Of a stretch of DNA of 64,000 nucleotides, positions 1 through 12,835 are shown in pieces. How positions within the stretch are numbered: the stretch's first letter is position 1; every line of letters begins with the position of its first letter. A model generated the notes under the pieces. The model was not told where the DNA came from, did no database searches, and saw only the letters and a list, made by a program, of their open reading frames with translations. The translations under genes and the position numbers were made by a program. Source of the stretch: Podarcis muralis (taxonomy: Eukaryota); contig NC_135670.1 of the NCBI RefSeq assembly GCF_964188315.1, positions 1,178,001 to 1,242,000 of the forward strand, written 5' to 3'.

Positions 1-55
1 ATTCTAGTAAGGTTTGCTATTCAGGGGTGGGGAGAAAGATTAACTGTCTTCCAAA

Positions 56-3000
56 ATGAAGATCCCCTCCTGTAAGATGGTAGCATTTGTACTGTTGGTA
101 TTAGTGTTGCCGCCTCAAGTTGTGTGCAAGCTTCCTGTTGCTCGGTGTTCCATTGTAGACCCTCTTCCTATTCTTCACCAATATTATTGGTCAGGAGACC
201 TCATCATTGCTGGCATTATGTCTCAAATCTATATGACCTCAAGCGTCTTGACTTTCAGGGAACCTCCCTCTCCTGAACTTTTTGATGACTTTCTGTAAGG
301 AGTTGTCTTCTTTTAACCATATCATACATATATAATGAATGTATAGTGAATGCATAGTGAATGGTGGTGATGCTGCTACTACATCCCTCTAACTTCCCAG
401 TAGTTCTGGTGTTATGGAAGCTCTGGGCAACCATCCTATGCACAAGGATCTGGTATGAAGCAAGATGCAAAGCCACTCAATGGCAGCTCAAGCTAAGCCT
501 GGCAAGTGAATAACAGGTCTTGAAAAGTCTTTACAAAGTCAGTTTTTTATGGTAGGGTGTTGTGTTGTGGGGCTTACATCAGTCTTGGCTCAGAATGAAC
601 AAGTTACACTGGTGTATCTTAAACAGAGTCATGGATGGAGAGTTGCTGCTGTCTGTCCCAGCTGACTCAGCAATCAGCTAGCTAAGCAGGAGGTCCACGG
701 TATCCCATTTCAATTTTCAATTGTGTTTTCATGAGTCACTGCCAAAGCCAATGCTTGAGATGCTGCAGTCTCAATGCCCTATATTCAAGATCCTGATGTG
801 TTCATTAGTTTTCCTCCAAAAGTTCCCCGGAGCCCTGTAATATCTATACCTTGAGATATTTAGGTTGTTGAGTCATGCCACGTTCTCCTCCAAGAAGCTT
901 TCAGTCTGGGCCCCTTTCAAAGCTTTTTGTATTTGGGGCACCATCTTCATTTATAGAGAGCTGGTGAGCTGCTGCTGCTGCTGCTCCCTTGAACTGATAA
1001 AAGTTCATTAGGTAAGAGTTTATGTAACTATTTTTGTCTGCCAGCTCGCTCTAGATAAGGAAATAATTTAAAGCCATTTTTACTATACAGAGTCTCCATT
1101 TCCCCACTTTCTTTAATTTAAAGCCATTTTTACTATACAGAGTCTCCATTTCCCCACGCTCCCTCCCCACTTTCTCCTTACCTACTGCTGCCTAAGCTTC
1201 TTATTCTGACAGATCTTTCCATAGGATTGCTCCTGTAGAAGCTGGTTTCAGCAACAGCATCTCTTGAGTCATCGTCATCATGCACATGTAAGATCCCAAA
1301 GCAAATATCAATGTTCCCTTATTATCAAAACATCATTTTAATCAACAATCTTAGTCCATAAGGTTGTCCTCCACCTAAGCCTATTATCCCAAACTACTAG
1401 GAAGCTTTAAAAGCATTTTAAATGAATTTATGGCAGCCCTGAGGGAATCTGAAGAACCCTAAATATATAAAAAAATAAAGAAGCACAAATATCTAAACTA
1501 GTGTTTATAAAATTGGAACTTAGGAAATCATTGTTCGTTACTTGCCCTATCCCACAAGGTCACAAAGTGGGTTTAAACAATAAAAAAATGCAATATTAAA
1601 ATCAGTTCAAACAATCTGCAATGCTAAGAAATGTTTGCCAGTGTATCCATGTGATTCACTGGACTATAGGCATAAATCTATTTTTCTGTGTGAAGATGCA
1701 TTATTTTCACAGCATTTCACTGCCATAGCATTAAAAAAACCCACTCCGGATTTCCTGGGATTTTTCCAGGAAAGTGAGGAAACCCTGAACATTCTGCACA
1801 AGGGCCAGTAGCAAAGTTCAATAATGTGAAGATGAGATGTGAAGATGAGCCCTTCCAGGTCTGAGGCAAAAGTGCTTCCCAAGATGCCGTAATGTCAACT
1901 TGGCTACTCCTCTCACACTCTCTTATTTCAGAGTAATGACACAGCTCTACCAACATGTTGTGGCTTTGGCATTTGCTACAAAGGGAATAAATGAAAATCC
2001 TGAAATCTTGCCCAACGTCACCTTGGGATTCCACATCTACAATAGCCATTTCAGTCCAAGCTGGACTTACCTGGCCTCCATGGAACTTTTCTCCAGGCAG
2101 GGAAGATTCATTCCAAACTACAAGTGTGACACTGAGAACATTCCAAGAGCAGTCATTGAGGGACCAAATTCTGATCTAGGTCTTCACATGGCAACCATCC
2201 TCTATATGTACAAGCTGCCACAAGTAAGATATGGGCACGGAATATTGATTGTTAACGGTCCATTTTCTGTTTTCCACTATGTCCTTTAAGACTTATATTT
2301 GAATGTTTGGGTGGTTCTCAATGGAGATTTAACTCCTCCTAAAACATAATATACTACACCATCGGGTCACTGATAGTCTGCCTGGAGTTACAATTCATAA
2401 CCTACAGCCTAAAACGATTCACTCCTTGATTTTGCATAACCATACCTGTATATCAAGTACTTTATTATGGTCATAGAGCAGCATAAGCAAAACATCTAAA
2501 TAAATAGCATAACAGTATGAATCTAAGTGAATAATTATTAAATGGGAGCAAGAACCAAATGTAGATTTAAACATATACATAGAATACTAAATTAAGCATA
2601 GATAATGGGCGAGTAAAAAATTATAAGAAAAATTAAAAGATAGGTTAACATAGCTATATGGGGTGGGCTTCAGAAGTGCAGCTCTAATAATATGGGCCTT
2701 CAGTTTAGGATTGAATTGTAGCATAGACCATTCTTCATCAAATATCTATCGAGGCAGCGCAAAATCTGGCGACTGAATATGTGACTTCTGTATATCCATT
2801 TGTAAAGATACTGAAATTCCAAAGAGTTCAAAGCCATAGTGATATGGAAGCAGCAATGCTATTGATATTTCTTGTGTGTTTGGAGTATGGTTGACTAACA
2901 TGCCATTCTCAACTGTCACTATGTCCCTGCAGGCTGCATGTTGATACTTGAAAGGTTGAGTGATTCATACTGAAATTCCCTTTACCATCTTTGAGAATTA

Positions 3001-6000
3001 GAGGGGTTGTGAAATACCACAGGAACAAAACAAGAATTAGCGCAAGAAAGCGACACATTTGGGGAACAGGTTGAAGGTTTTCAACCGAAGGAAGAGAGGG
3101 AGAGGAAAGAGGAGGGGGACAGAATAAAATGTTTCTAAAGTAGCTCCGTGTGTGTGTGTGTGTGTGTGTGTGCGCGATTCTAAGAGCATTCTCATGCCAA
3201 GAAAAAAGGATGATTTTTTTTTTCATTGGGCAACATCAGGGGTCGGCAAGGGTTACCTTGCTTGGGCTCATACACTGCTGCAGAGCCCCCTTCATGGGCC
3301 AGATTTCCAGCGCCACGAAAGCGAGTCCCTGCGCTGCGTTGCACCGGTTTAGTACAGCATGCGGGGACTTGCCGAGCGGGCGGCTCAGTTCGGGGGCATC
3401 TTGTGGGCCGGTAAAACAACCCCCGTGGGCCACTTGTGGCCCATGGGTCTTAGGTTGCCAACCCCTGGGCTGTTAGAATTCCTGCTCCGTGGTTGCAGTC
3501 ATAGGATTATTGTCTATCACATGATAGGATGTTTGTGTGACTGTGTTCCGTGAAGTGGGACTATTGTCCTTTGTTCTTTTTCTCTTTGCTGTCTGATGCT
3601 AGAGAGAGAGGGAGCCACGTTGCAGTGCTCCGTGTGTGTTTATATGTAAATAAAGTAGATTAGCCAAAATGCTGAGTTGCTGAGGTCTGTCATGCGAACT
3701 GCGAAGACACTGCGGATCCCTAAGTGTGCCAATGTCGGTTGGCATCGGTCACTGTGATGTTCGGGCTGAAGAAACATGAACATTCCCTAACCTTTTCCAT
3801 ACAGCCACAGCAAAATCAAGTCCATCACACTAAAACTGTTATCAAATCTAAGGGAAATTTCAACGAAAATTGGAATATATTATCTCTCTTTGCATGCTTC
3901 TGTCTGGTTTTCTGTAGAAAGGGTGTATTGATCCTTATGCTTGCTTGTTGATTTATGTCAAATCTCCTGGGCCCCAGGGAGCAGCAATGGAAAGGGATCT
4001 AGCAGCATAGGACCCTTTTGAAGTTAGATGAATTTCCAAATGGACTTTCCTCACCTGTACAGGTCACAACAAAACTTTCACTGAATGTTTGCTGTGCCTG
4101 CAAGGGTCACTAAATGTTTTAGATCAGTGGGAAACACTCGGCATTTTGAGAAAGTGCTGCGGGTCCCCATCATAGAATAGCTGGCATGTGTGGCATCAAA
4201 CAAAACAGCTGTTGTGGGGTGTGACACAAAGACTTAGAAAAAGATGGCTTCTGCACCGAAAAGGGCAGAAAAGGAGACACAAAATTGTGTGGTGTGTGCA
4301 TCCTGACAGAATGGAAGGGGCAGCAGGTGTCCAACGCTGGGTGTCTAACCCACTGAAAATAAGAACTGGGCAGGAAGAGCAAATCATTTTTCATCTATTG
4401 CAGATTTTGGAGGGGATACTTGCTGACACCTTTTGCAGGTGCTGTAGAGGGTAATGGAGGGCAGGTTTGCACCCATAGGAGCCATTTTAGTGACCCTTGT
4501 GTTAAATCATTAATCAGCTTATTTCCCCACTCAGTTACATTCATATAAATAAATAAATGGGAGGGGCAATCCTCCTAATTAGCTATTTTCATTTTCATTT
4601 TTATTGGGAAGACATCTCTTGCAAATGAATGGTATTTGTATTTATAAAGCACAACGCATCACACAGTAAAATCAACAAATCAGCGAATAAAAACTATTGA
4701 ATACTACCAACCAAACGGAGAAAAAATTGTATTTGGTATCCCTTTTTCTTTTTCAAAAATCTTATTTTTAGGTCATCTATGGCTCTCATCCCGTAACAGA
4801 TACTGACTTCCATGCGGCTTTCTTCTGCTACATGTTCCCAAATGGAGCTCATCAATATGTCGGGATTCTCCAGTTGCTTCTTCATTTCACCTGGACGTGG
4901 ATCGGGGTGCTTTCTCTGAGCGATGACAACGGAGAGAGATTTGTACAAAACGTTCTTCCCATGTTTGCTGAGAGAGGCATCTGTTTTGATTTTATAGAAA
5001 GATTCCCCAGGCTCACCTTTTCTGGTGAGTTCATCGAAACAGTAGAGGAATCTTCTGAACTATGCCATATCATTATGGGAAGTACTGCCAGTGTTGTCAT
5101 TGTGAATGGCGAAATTCATTCCATTATGGCACTAAGAGTGTTGCCCAATATTGCAGAAATAGAAGGGGTACCTGTGCAAGCCAGGGCAAAAGTTTGGATT
5201 ATGACAGCCCAGATGGATTTCACATCCTTTCCCTTCCAACAAAGTTGGGATGTAAGTTTCCTGCACGGTGCTCTATCCTTTGCTGTTCACTCAAGGGATA
5301 TTCCAGGGTTCCAGAAATTTATTCAGATGAGAAACCCTCTCTCTGAAAAAGAAGACGGGTTCATCAAGGACTTCTGGGAAGTAGCATTTAACTGCTATTT
5401 GCCCCATCCTTCTTCTTCAGACAAGAAAGACAGGGAATTCTGCACCGGGCAGGAAAAGCTTGAGAGCCTTCCTGACACTGTTTTTGAAATGAGCATGACT
5501 TCTCACAGCTACAGCATCTACAATGCAATCTATATTTTGGCACATGCGTTGCACACCATGCATTCCACCAAATTAAAATCCAGAGCGAGAACTGGTGGAA
5601 TAAGGTGGGAACTTATAGATCAACAGCCATGGCAGGTAATGTTGTATTCCAGAGGTCTGGATGCTGTGGTACATGCTTTGCAAGCCAGGCATGCAACAAA
5701 ACTCAAACACAAAGCGATGAAGAGTGTATTGAGATTGGAGGTTCTGGGTGAACCTATGTGGCATGTGATGGACTAATCAGACTAATGCAGAACGTGCATA
5801 ATAACTGCAGGTGCATAAATAGGTTGATAGGCTGCCATGTGCTTCGTACAACCCTAGGGCTGAGCCCAAGGAAGCACATTTCTTGAACACGGAGTGGAAA
5901 AGCCTGTTCCCTTTCGATGATTTTGAGGGAGAAAATGAGAGGGGGTTTTGGGGGGGAGGGGAATTGATGAAATATCACCAAGACTCTAGTGGGCTTGTCT

Positions 6001-8048
6001 GTCTTTAGTGATACTCATTTCACTGCCATAGCATTAAAAAAACCCACTCCGGATTTCCTGGGATTTTTCCAGGAAAGTGAAGAAACCCTGAACATTCTGC
6101 ACAAGGGCCAGTAGCAAAGTTCAATAATGTGAAGATGAGATATGAAGATGAGCCCTTCCAGGTCTGAGGCAAAAGTGCTTCCCAAGATGCCCTAATGTCA
6201 ACTTGGCTACTCCTCTCACACTCTTTTGCTACTCCTCTCCTTCTTTTGCTGCATTCCTCCCTTCCCCTTGCTAGGGCATTCTTGCTCTGGGATGCCATAT
6301 CCACCCGTTTCAGAATCCTCAGAGGTCCGTTCCCTTCCAGCATATGAAGCAGTAGATGGTTCCTCCCCCCCCCCTTTTAAGAGACATTTTAGTATAGCCA
6401 GGAATCCTGCACAGAATCCTGCACAGAGGCCCCTGATTCAGGCACTCCTGCCATCTTCATTGCTCCAGGGAAAGGGTGGTGCACTGTCACCCTGTTCTTT
6501 ATTTGTACATTGTTTTTAACACTTTACTCTCCCCCATTTGGCTCAACCTGTTTCTAAGAACAACCTCGTTCAACGAGGCAAATAATAAATCCATATACAG
6601 CTTTTTAAGAGGCCATGTACCAAAGTGCTCAAGTGTGAAAGATTATCACTCACTTGTAATATTGCACCATTTTACAGTGGTGCCCCGCAAGACGAATGCC
6701 TCGCAAGACGAAAAACTCGCTAGACGAAAGGGTTTTCCGTTTTTTGAGTCGTTCCACAAGACGAATTTCCCTGTGGGCTTGCTTCGCAAGACGAAACGTC
6801 TTGCGAGTTCTTGCGAGTTTGTTTCCTTTTTCTTAAAGCCACTAAGCCGTTAATAGCCGCTAAGCCACTAAGCCGCTAATAGCTGCTAAGCCGCTAATAG
6901 CCGTGCTTCGCAAGACGAAAAAACCGCAAGACGAAGAGACTCACGGAACGGATTAATTTCGTCTTGCAAGGCACCACTGTATACATCCTTATTTATTGCT
7001 TTTTCTCTCTCCACTGATTTAGCTTCACCACTTTCTGAGAAGTGTCTCGTTTAACAATAGTGTTAAAGAAGAGGTTTCCTTTGATCAAAATGGGGAACTG
7101 GTATCTGGATTTGATATCATCAACTGGGTCATATTCCCCAATGACTCCTTCCTGAGAGTCAAAGTTGGAAAAATAGACCCCCAGGCTTCCCCAGACAAGA
7201 GGTTCAACATTCATGGCAACGCAGTTGTGTGGCCCAACAGGTTCAACCAAGTAAGGTCTACTTCAGGTTGTCTCCAGTTATTTATTCAGTGTTGAAAGAT
7301 TGGTTTCTGGTTCGAACCCTGAAACAGCTGCCTGTCAGGGTCAAAATAGATACAGCAGGTGAGATCTGAGGCCATTGTCTCCCAAAACAGCTTTTGACTT
7401 TGTAATGGAGGACCTACTGAAAATAACATGGGGCTTCAACCAGCACAATGGGAGGGAGAGTTCGTCTTAAAAAGTGCATAAGTTGGTGAGATCATCAGTT
7501 CCTTGATATTCAGAAAAGCCTAAAATTTCAGTGAACTGGTACTTTAAAAAGGGAATGGGACCCCTGACCATTGGGTCCAGTCGTGGCCGACTCTGGGGTT
7601 GTGGCTCTCATCTCACTTTACTGGCCGAGGGAGCCGGCGTTTGTCTACAGACAGTTTTTCCGGGTCATGTGGCCAGCAGGACTAAGCCGCTTCTGGCGAA
7701 CCAGAGCAGCGCACGGAAACGCCGTCTACCTTCCCGCCAGAGCGGTACCTATTTATCTACTTGCACTTTGATGTACTTTTGAACTGCTAGGTTGGCAGGA
7801 GCTGGGACCAAGCAATGGGAGCTCACCCTGTCATGGGGATTTGAACTGCCAATCTTCTGATCGGCAAGCCCTAGGCTCTGTGGTTTAGACCACAGCGCCA
7901 CCCGCGTCCCCTGAACTGGTACTTTACTAAGACATTAAAAAGGAAATCCAACCACAGTGATTTCCAAAGCTATGAAAAATGTAAAGGCAGCACAATTCCA
8001 TAGTCCATAGTCAACACAATTTTCTCACTGTGCCAGCTGCAGGAGAAG

Positions 8049-8094
<46 letters not shown>

Positions 8095-10015
8095 CCCAGT
8101 GTTTCACCCTCTTTAGCTAACCAGGTCCCAAGTTTCACAGGAATTAGTGATGGCTGGTGATCATTACAACTGGAAGGGCAGTGGATGAAGATAGGTCCAA
8201 TGACAGGCTCCTTGGAGACCAGATTTGGAGACCTTTCCTCTCACACAGATGCACCAGCACTACAGTGGCCTGTCTAGGGCACCAGGACACCCCAATGACA
8301 AGGAGGTGGGTTATGGGGAGATGTGGGGATAGCACATAAAAATAAATTGTACAAGACATGAATGTGCTGACAAAGAAGCTAACTTGAAGCAAGGAATATT
8401 GGCAAGGTGGTATCAAGGGCAGATAATTGTGTTTAACACCTGTATTTGATCTAAATAAATAAGACAATGGACCGTGCTTTGAGAAAGTCAATGCATATTC
8501 CAACGTCTTCGTCATAAATGAAACACAAGTGTAGTATTGCCAGACATTCCACAACTTGAATTGGCCGTGGTGCATAAACAATTCTCTCTGGAAACGATAT
8601 GATTTTCCTATACGTACCAGAATTAACACATTTCATTACATCAGAAGGCTTCTTCATAGTGATATGCAAACTCCCACACTATCATCTGCTCTCATTTATT
8701 TACAGGCATTACCCCTTTCGGTGTGCAATGATCATTGCTATTTAGGTTACAGGAAGGCCAAGAAGGAAGGAGAGGAATTTTGCTGCTATGATTGCCTCCC
8801 GTGTCCTGAAGGAAAGATAACAAACCAGAAGGGTACAGTATACAGTATACATTGTTTACAAATTACATATGGTGTGATCCACTACATGCTTATGTCAAAC
8901 TAATTTCCCTCATAACTGGAGCAACTGGTGGGTACCGCCTGATATTACCCTGAATGTCATAGTGACTTAAGGTCACACTGGGCAGAAGCATTAAGCATAA
9001 CCTGAAAAATGAAGGGTGGAACACTCAGTAAATCTTAAAGTTGGGCTACCCTGCATACCTTTATCTCCTAATTCTTATTTTTGCCTCAGTCTGGCTCACA
9101 CAGACACCAGTTTTATTAAAATAAGCATTTTTAAAAACAAATATGTAATTGTGTGCTTCCATATGGTAAATACAGTCATACCTTCAATCTCAAACGCCTT
9201 GGCTCTTAAATAAATCGGCTCCCGAACGATCAAAACCTGGAAGTGAGTGTTCCAGTTTTTGAACGATTTTCGGAAGCAGAATGTCCTCCACGGCTTCCGG
9301 TTGGCTGCAGGAGCTTCCTGAAGCCAATCAGAAGCCGTGCTTTGGTTTCCGAAAGTTTTGGAAGTCGAATGTACTTCCAGAACGGATTCTGTTCAACTTC
9401 CAAGGTATGACTGTATGTACTGTATTTTCTGGCGTATAAGACGACTGGGCATATAAGATGACCCCCCAGCTTTTCCAGTTAAAATATAGAGTTTGGGATA
9501 TACTCGCCGTATAAGACTACCCCTCTTCCAACGCACACCAAATAAAAATTAAAAAAACCAGTCTCCAGTCCGGCTCGGAAATCTGCTCCACTTCCCAGTG
9601 GCCAGGGACTTTTGGGGCCAATTTTCAAGCGTATTTCTGCTTCATCTGGAGAGCTTGGTGTCCTCTGATTTAATTTGCTGTCGTTTTATCCTTTGGTGGG
9701 GAGTTGCTGCAGGAGCTGCTGCTGTAGCTGGCGTATAAGATGACCCCCGACTTTTGAGAAGATTTTCCTGGGTTAAAAAGTAGTCTTATACGCCAGAAAA
9801 TACAGTAATACAATGTGCACAGAAAAAACGATTGCTAAAATGGACAAACTAATTACTCTATCAAGTAAAAGATGCAGCTTAAAATTGTTCTGTGTCTTTT
9901 ATTTCATTTTATTTACCGGTATCTAGAAAAGTTCTATACACCTTAATATAAATAAATAAATAGTTAAATAATAGTACAATATAAACCAAAATATGATTAA
10001 GATTATTAAGTACTT

Positions 10016-10060
<45 letters not shown>

Positions 10061-11682
10061 CAAAATGCAATGCCAGAGGTAGAAAGACAAATGGTTTTAG
10101 TATTATTAATTAGTTTTAAAATTTTGGAAAGTGGGGCATAAACAAAAAAGGCTGAATGCAGATTCACCTGACCAAATCCAGGAATCAAAGAAATATTCCT
10201 GTGATTCCAAATTTTAGTATTTATACAGTAATGTTTTGCGACTGGAGAATAAAGCCCAATCATGGTGGCAAATACAATTTCTCTGCCATTGAAATTATAG
10301 TGTGCAGCAAAGAAGTCAGGGCGATAACAGTGAACTAATCACCATGGGGGAGGAGAATCACAAACAACACAACCCATACACAGGATGTGAGCACAATGCA
10401 TACAATCTGTTTTCTGTGCATTTATATGCTTTATTTCTTTATTTATTCTCTTTCATAGAATTTCTGGACCCTTTCTTCTTTTTGAAGTGAACCTGGGCCT
10501 CATTTTAACCATCTCTCTGAAATGAACACATCACAATCCAGAAATCCACACTGAAGTCCCTATGAAGGGCTTTGTTGCCCATCCCTAGAGAGAGAAGTTT
10601 TGTTATTCAGACTGGCCCGAAAAGCTACATAGCTGAGAATGGCTTCTTAGGTTAGAAACATCTTTCAGATACTGAGCTAAGAGACATTATTTAGGGTTGT
10701 CCAATATTGATGTCCGTTCTTTCCTGTCAAGCACAAAACACAGAGCATCACTGTATAGACACCTGTCTATTCTCTTTCAGATATGGATGACTGTTTTGAA
10801 TGCCGTGGAGATCAGTATCCAAACCATGACCAGGATGGATGCATTCCAAAAGAACTGACCTTCTTGTCTTATGGAGAAACTTTGGGGATCTGTTTGGCTA
10901 CTTTCTCTCTCTCTTTTGCTGCCATCACAGCTTTGGTACTTGGAATTTTCATGAAGCACAAGGAGACTCCCATCGTCAAAGCCAACAACAGGAACCTCAC
11001 CTACGCTCTCCTCCTCTCCCTCATTCTCTCCTTCCTTTGTGCTCTGCTCTTCATTGGCCAGCCTGAGAAAGTGACCTGCCTCCTTCGACAGACAGCATTT
11101 GGCATGGCTTTTTCCGTGGCAGTTTCTAGCATATTGGCCAAAACCACCATTGTGGTTCTGGCTTTCATGGCTACCAAGCCGGGGTCCAGGATGAGGAAGT
11201 GGGTGGGGAAACAATTGGCCAGCTCCATTGTTCTTTCCTGCTCTCTTATTCAAGCCACGATTTGTACTGTGTGGCTGGCAAATTCTCCCCCATTTCCAGA
11301 TTTGGACACGCATTCAATGCCAGAAAAAATTGTACTGGAGTGTAATGAAGGTTCAGCTTTCATGTTCTACTGTGTCTTAGGATTTATGGGTCTCCTGGCC
11401 ATTGTCAGTTTCACTGTGGCTTTCCTAGCTAGAAAACTGCCCGACAGTTTCAATGAAGCCAAGTTTATCACTTTCAGCATGTTAGTATTTTGCAGTGTTT
11501 GGTTGTCCTTTGTTCCAACCTACCTGAGCACCAAGGGGAAGTACATGGTGGCTGTGGAGATCTTCTCCATCTTGGCATCTGGTGCTGGCTTACTGGGCTG
11601 CATCTTTTCCCCCAAAGTCTATGTCATTTTACTGAGGCCTGAGTTGAACAGTAGGAGGCAGCTAATCAGGATGAATAATTAA
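56..11682 (+). CDS. V2R gene 1: vomeronasal type-2 receptor (class C GPCR), 6 exons, ~883 aa, intact
   Basis: Exons 56-294, 1932-2223, 4772-5635, 7023-7250, 8706-8832, 10781-11682, all with AG/GT ends and compatible phases (2652 nt). Signal peptide (ATG 56 or 77), VFT motifs ([19 protein letters not shown]), Cys-rich [11 protein letters not shown] exon and 7TM exon with TPIVKANN and [15 protein letters not shown]. Confidence 0.95.
1065..1157. repeat. ~43-bp tandem duplication (50-bp period)
   Basis: AATTTAAAGCCATTTTTACTATACAGAGTCTCCATTTCCCCAC occurs twice in succession. Confidence 0.9.
1713..1921 (+). repeat. 209-bp segment, copy 1 (3' end of gene 1 intron 1)
   Basis: Direct repeat of 6016-6224 with 3 mismatches. 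Confidence 0.95.
3237..3467. mobile_element. hAT-type MITE
   Basis: TIRs CAGGGGTCGGCAA / TTGCCAACCCCTG. Right TSD disrupted. Confidence 0.7.
3471..3791 (+). mobile_element. LTR-like segment
   Basis: Starts TGTTAG, ends CTAAC, internal AATAAA. No TSD found. Confidence 0.4.
5636..5776 (+). pseudogene. Degenerate in-frame echo of a V2R exon-3 3' end, directly after the gene 1 exon-3 donor
   Basis: [36 protein letters not shown] aligns to the preceding [42 protein letters not shown]|GTGATG mirrors TGGCAG|GTAATG. Confidence 0.75.
6016..6224 (+). repeat. 209-bp segment, copy 2 (gene 1 intron 3)
   Basis: Direct repeat of 1713-1921 with 3 mismatches. Confidence 0.95.
6674..6979. mobile_element. 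Tc1/mariner (Tigger/pogo-like) MITE
   Basis: TIRs CAGTGGTGCC..GCAAGACGAA / TTCGTCTTGCAAGGCACCACTG, TA on both sides, many internal GCAAGACGAA and TAAGCCGCTAATAG subrepeats. Confidence 0.85.
7547..7911 (-). mobile_element. Sauria SINE, full length
   Basis: GGGACGCGGGTGGCGCTGTGG head. 15-bp TSD TGAACTGGTACTTTA at 7532-7546 and 7912-7926. Confidence 0.92.
9173..9413. mobile_element. Tc1/mariner-type MITE
   Basis: TIRs CAGTCATACCT / AGGTATGACTG flanked by TA. Confidence 0.8.
9420..9805. mobile_element. Tc2/pogo-like MITE
   Basis: 23-bp TIRs CTGTATTTTCTGGCGTATAAGAC / GTCTTATACGCCAGAAAATACAG flanked by TA. Confidence 0.85.
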
Positions 11683-12329
11683 AGAACTGACATTACTTTC
11701 TAGAAATATTAAATGTACCTGTAATTTAACCCCATTGTATTGAGCTGCATGTAATGAGAAATTAGTTATATTCCATTTCTGATCACTGTCTCTGATGGAT
11801 CAAGATTGTTTGCAATTCAGAATGTGGTGTTTCACAACCAATTCTCTTTGAGTTCAGACAATAATAGGCTATTACAGGCTAAGTCCCAGCCTGAACGTGG
11901 AAGATAATGCTCTACCCATTGCTCTTCATATTTAATATATCCCTCCTTGTTCCTGATATCCATTTGGTCAATCTGTATAGCAAACTAGCTCCTGAAACAG
12001 GAGGAATGTCATTAATTTTGTTGTGGAAGTCTTCTGCAGCTGCAGTGCCCTCATCCTTAAAGAACGGTCACAAATGAATTATTCTGAACATGGCTGCAAG
12101 ATTCCATTTCATGCTGGGGATTCGGGGAATAAATGAGGGCTGCCTCTGTGAATTGTGGAAGTGTCCAGTCCTCCCTTGTCATTGCAGTAAATTCTAGCCA
12201 AAGAAGGAACCAATTGAGACATTTTGGAGAAAACTCCACTATTCTGGATCTCTCTCAATGGTTTAAATCTCTAGAAGGCAAGTCCCACCCACCCCCACCC
12301 CTGAGAATTCTGCAATATAGCACTGAACT

Positions 12330-12330
12330 T

Positions 12331-12371
<41 letters not shown>

Positions 12372-12810
12372 TATTATTATTATTTATACCCCGTCCATCT
12401 GGCTGGGTTTCCCCAGCCACTCTGGGCGGCTTCCAACAAAATATTAAAATACAATAGTCTATTAAACATTAAAAGCTTCCCTAAACAGGGCTGCCTTCAG
12501 ATGTCTTCTAAAAGTCTGGTAGTTGTTTTTTTCTTTGACATCTGGTGGGAGGGCGTTCCACCGGGCGGGTGCCACTACCTCAGTGTCTGGGCAGAACGAT
12601 GGGGGTGGAGATCCTCCTTCAGGTATACTGGGCTGAGGCCGTTTAGGGCTTTCAAGGTCAGCACCAACACTTTGAATTGTGCTCGGAAATGTACTGGGAG
12701 CCAACGTAGGTTTTTCACATAACTGGTGTTCAGCAGTCACTTGCAGTCACCAGTCTAGCTGCTGCATTCTTGATTAGTTGCAGTTTCTGATGCACACAGT
12801 CTGTCACCTC
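12330..12810 (-). mobile_element. L2-clade LINE 3' fragment with (TAA)n tail and internal deletions
   Basis: Reverse complement matches the 3' end of the 22801-24713 element (GGAAGCCGCCCAGAGTGGCTGGGGAAAC). Confidence 0.85.
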
Positions 12811-12835
12811 GGCAGCCCCTCAAATCTCCTGACAC

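Noticed and set aside
6690-6965. GCAAGACGAA repeats as a CRISPR-like array
   Set aside because: Repeats are short, irregularly spaced, in both orientations and inside MITE TIRs. Eukaryotic context with no cas genes.
10777-11313. Antisense and alternative-frame ORFs overlapping exon 6 (also at 14489, 33633, 44683, 47956, 56681)
   Set aside because: Shadows of the conserved 7TM coding sequence, with no independent support.
12133-12447. Poly-Ile ORF
   Set aside because: Translation of the (TAA)n tail of an L2 fragment.
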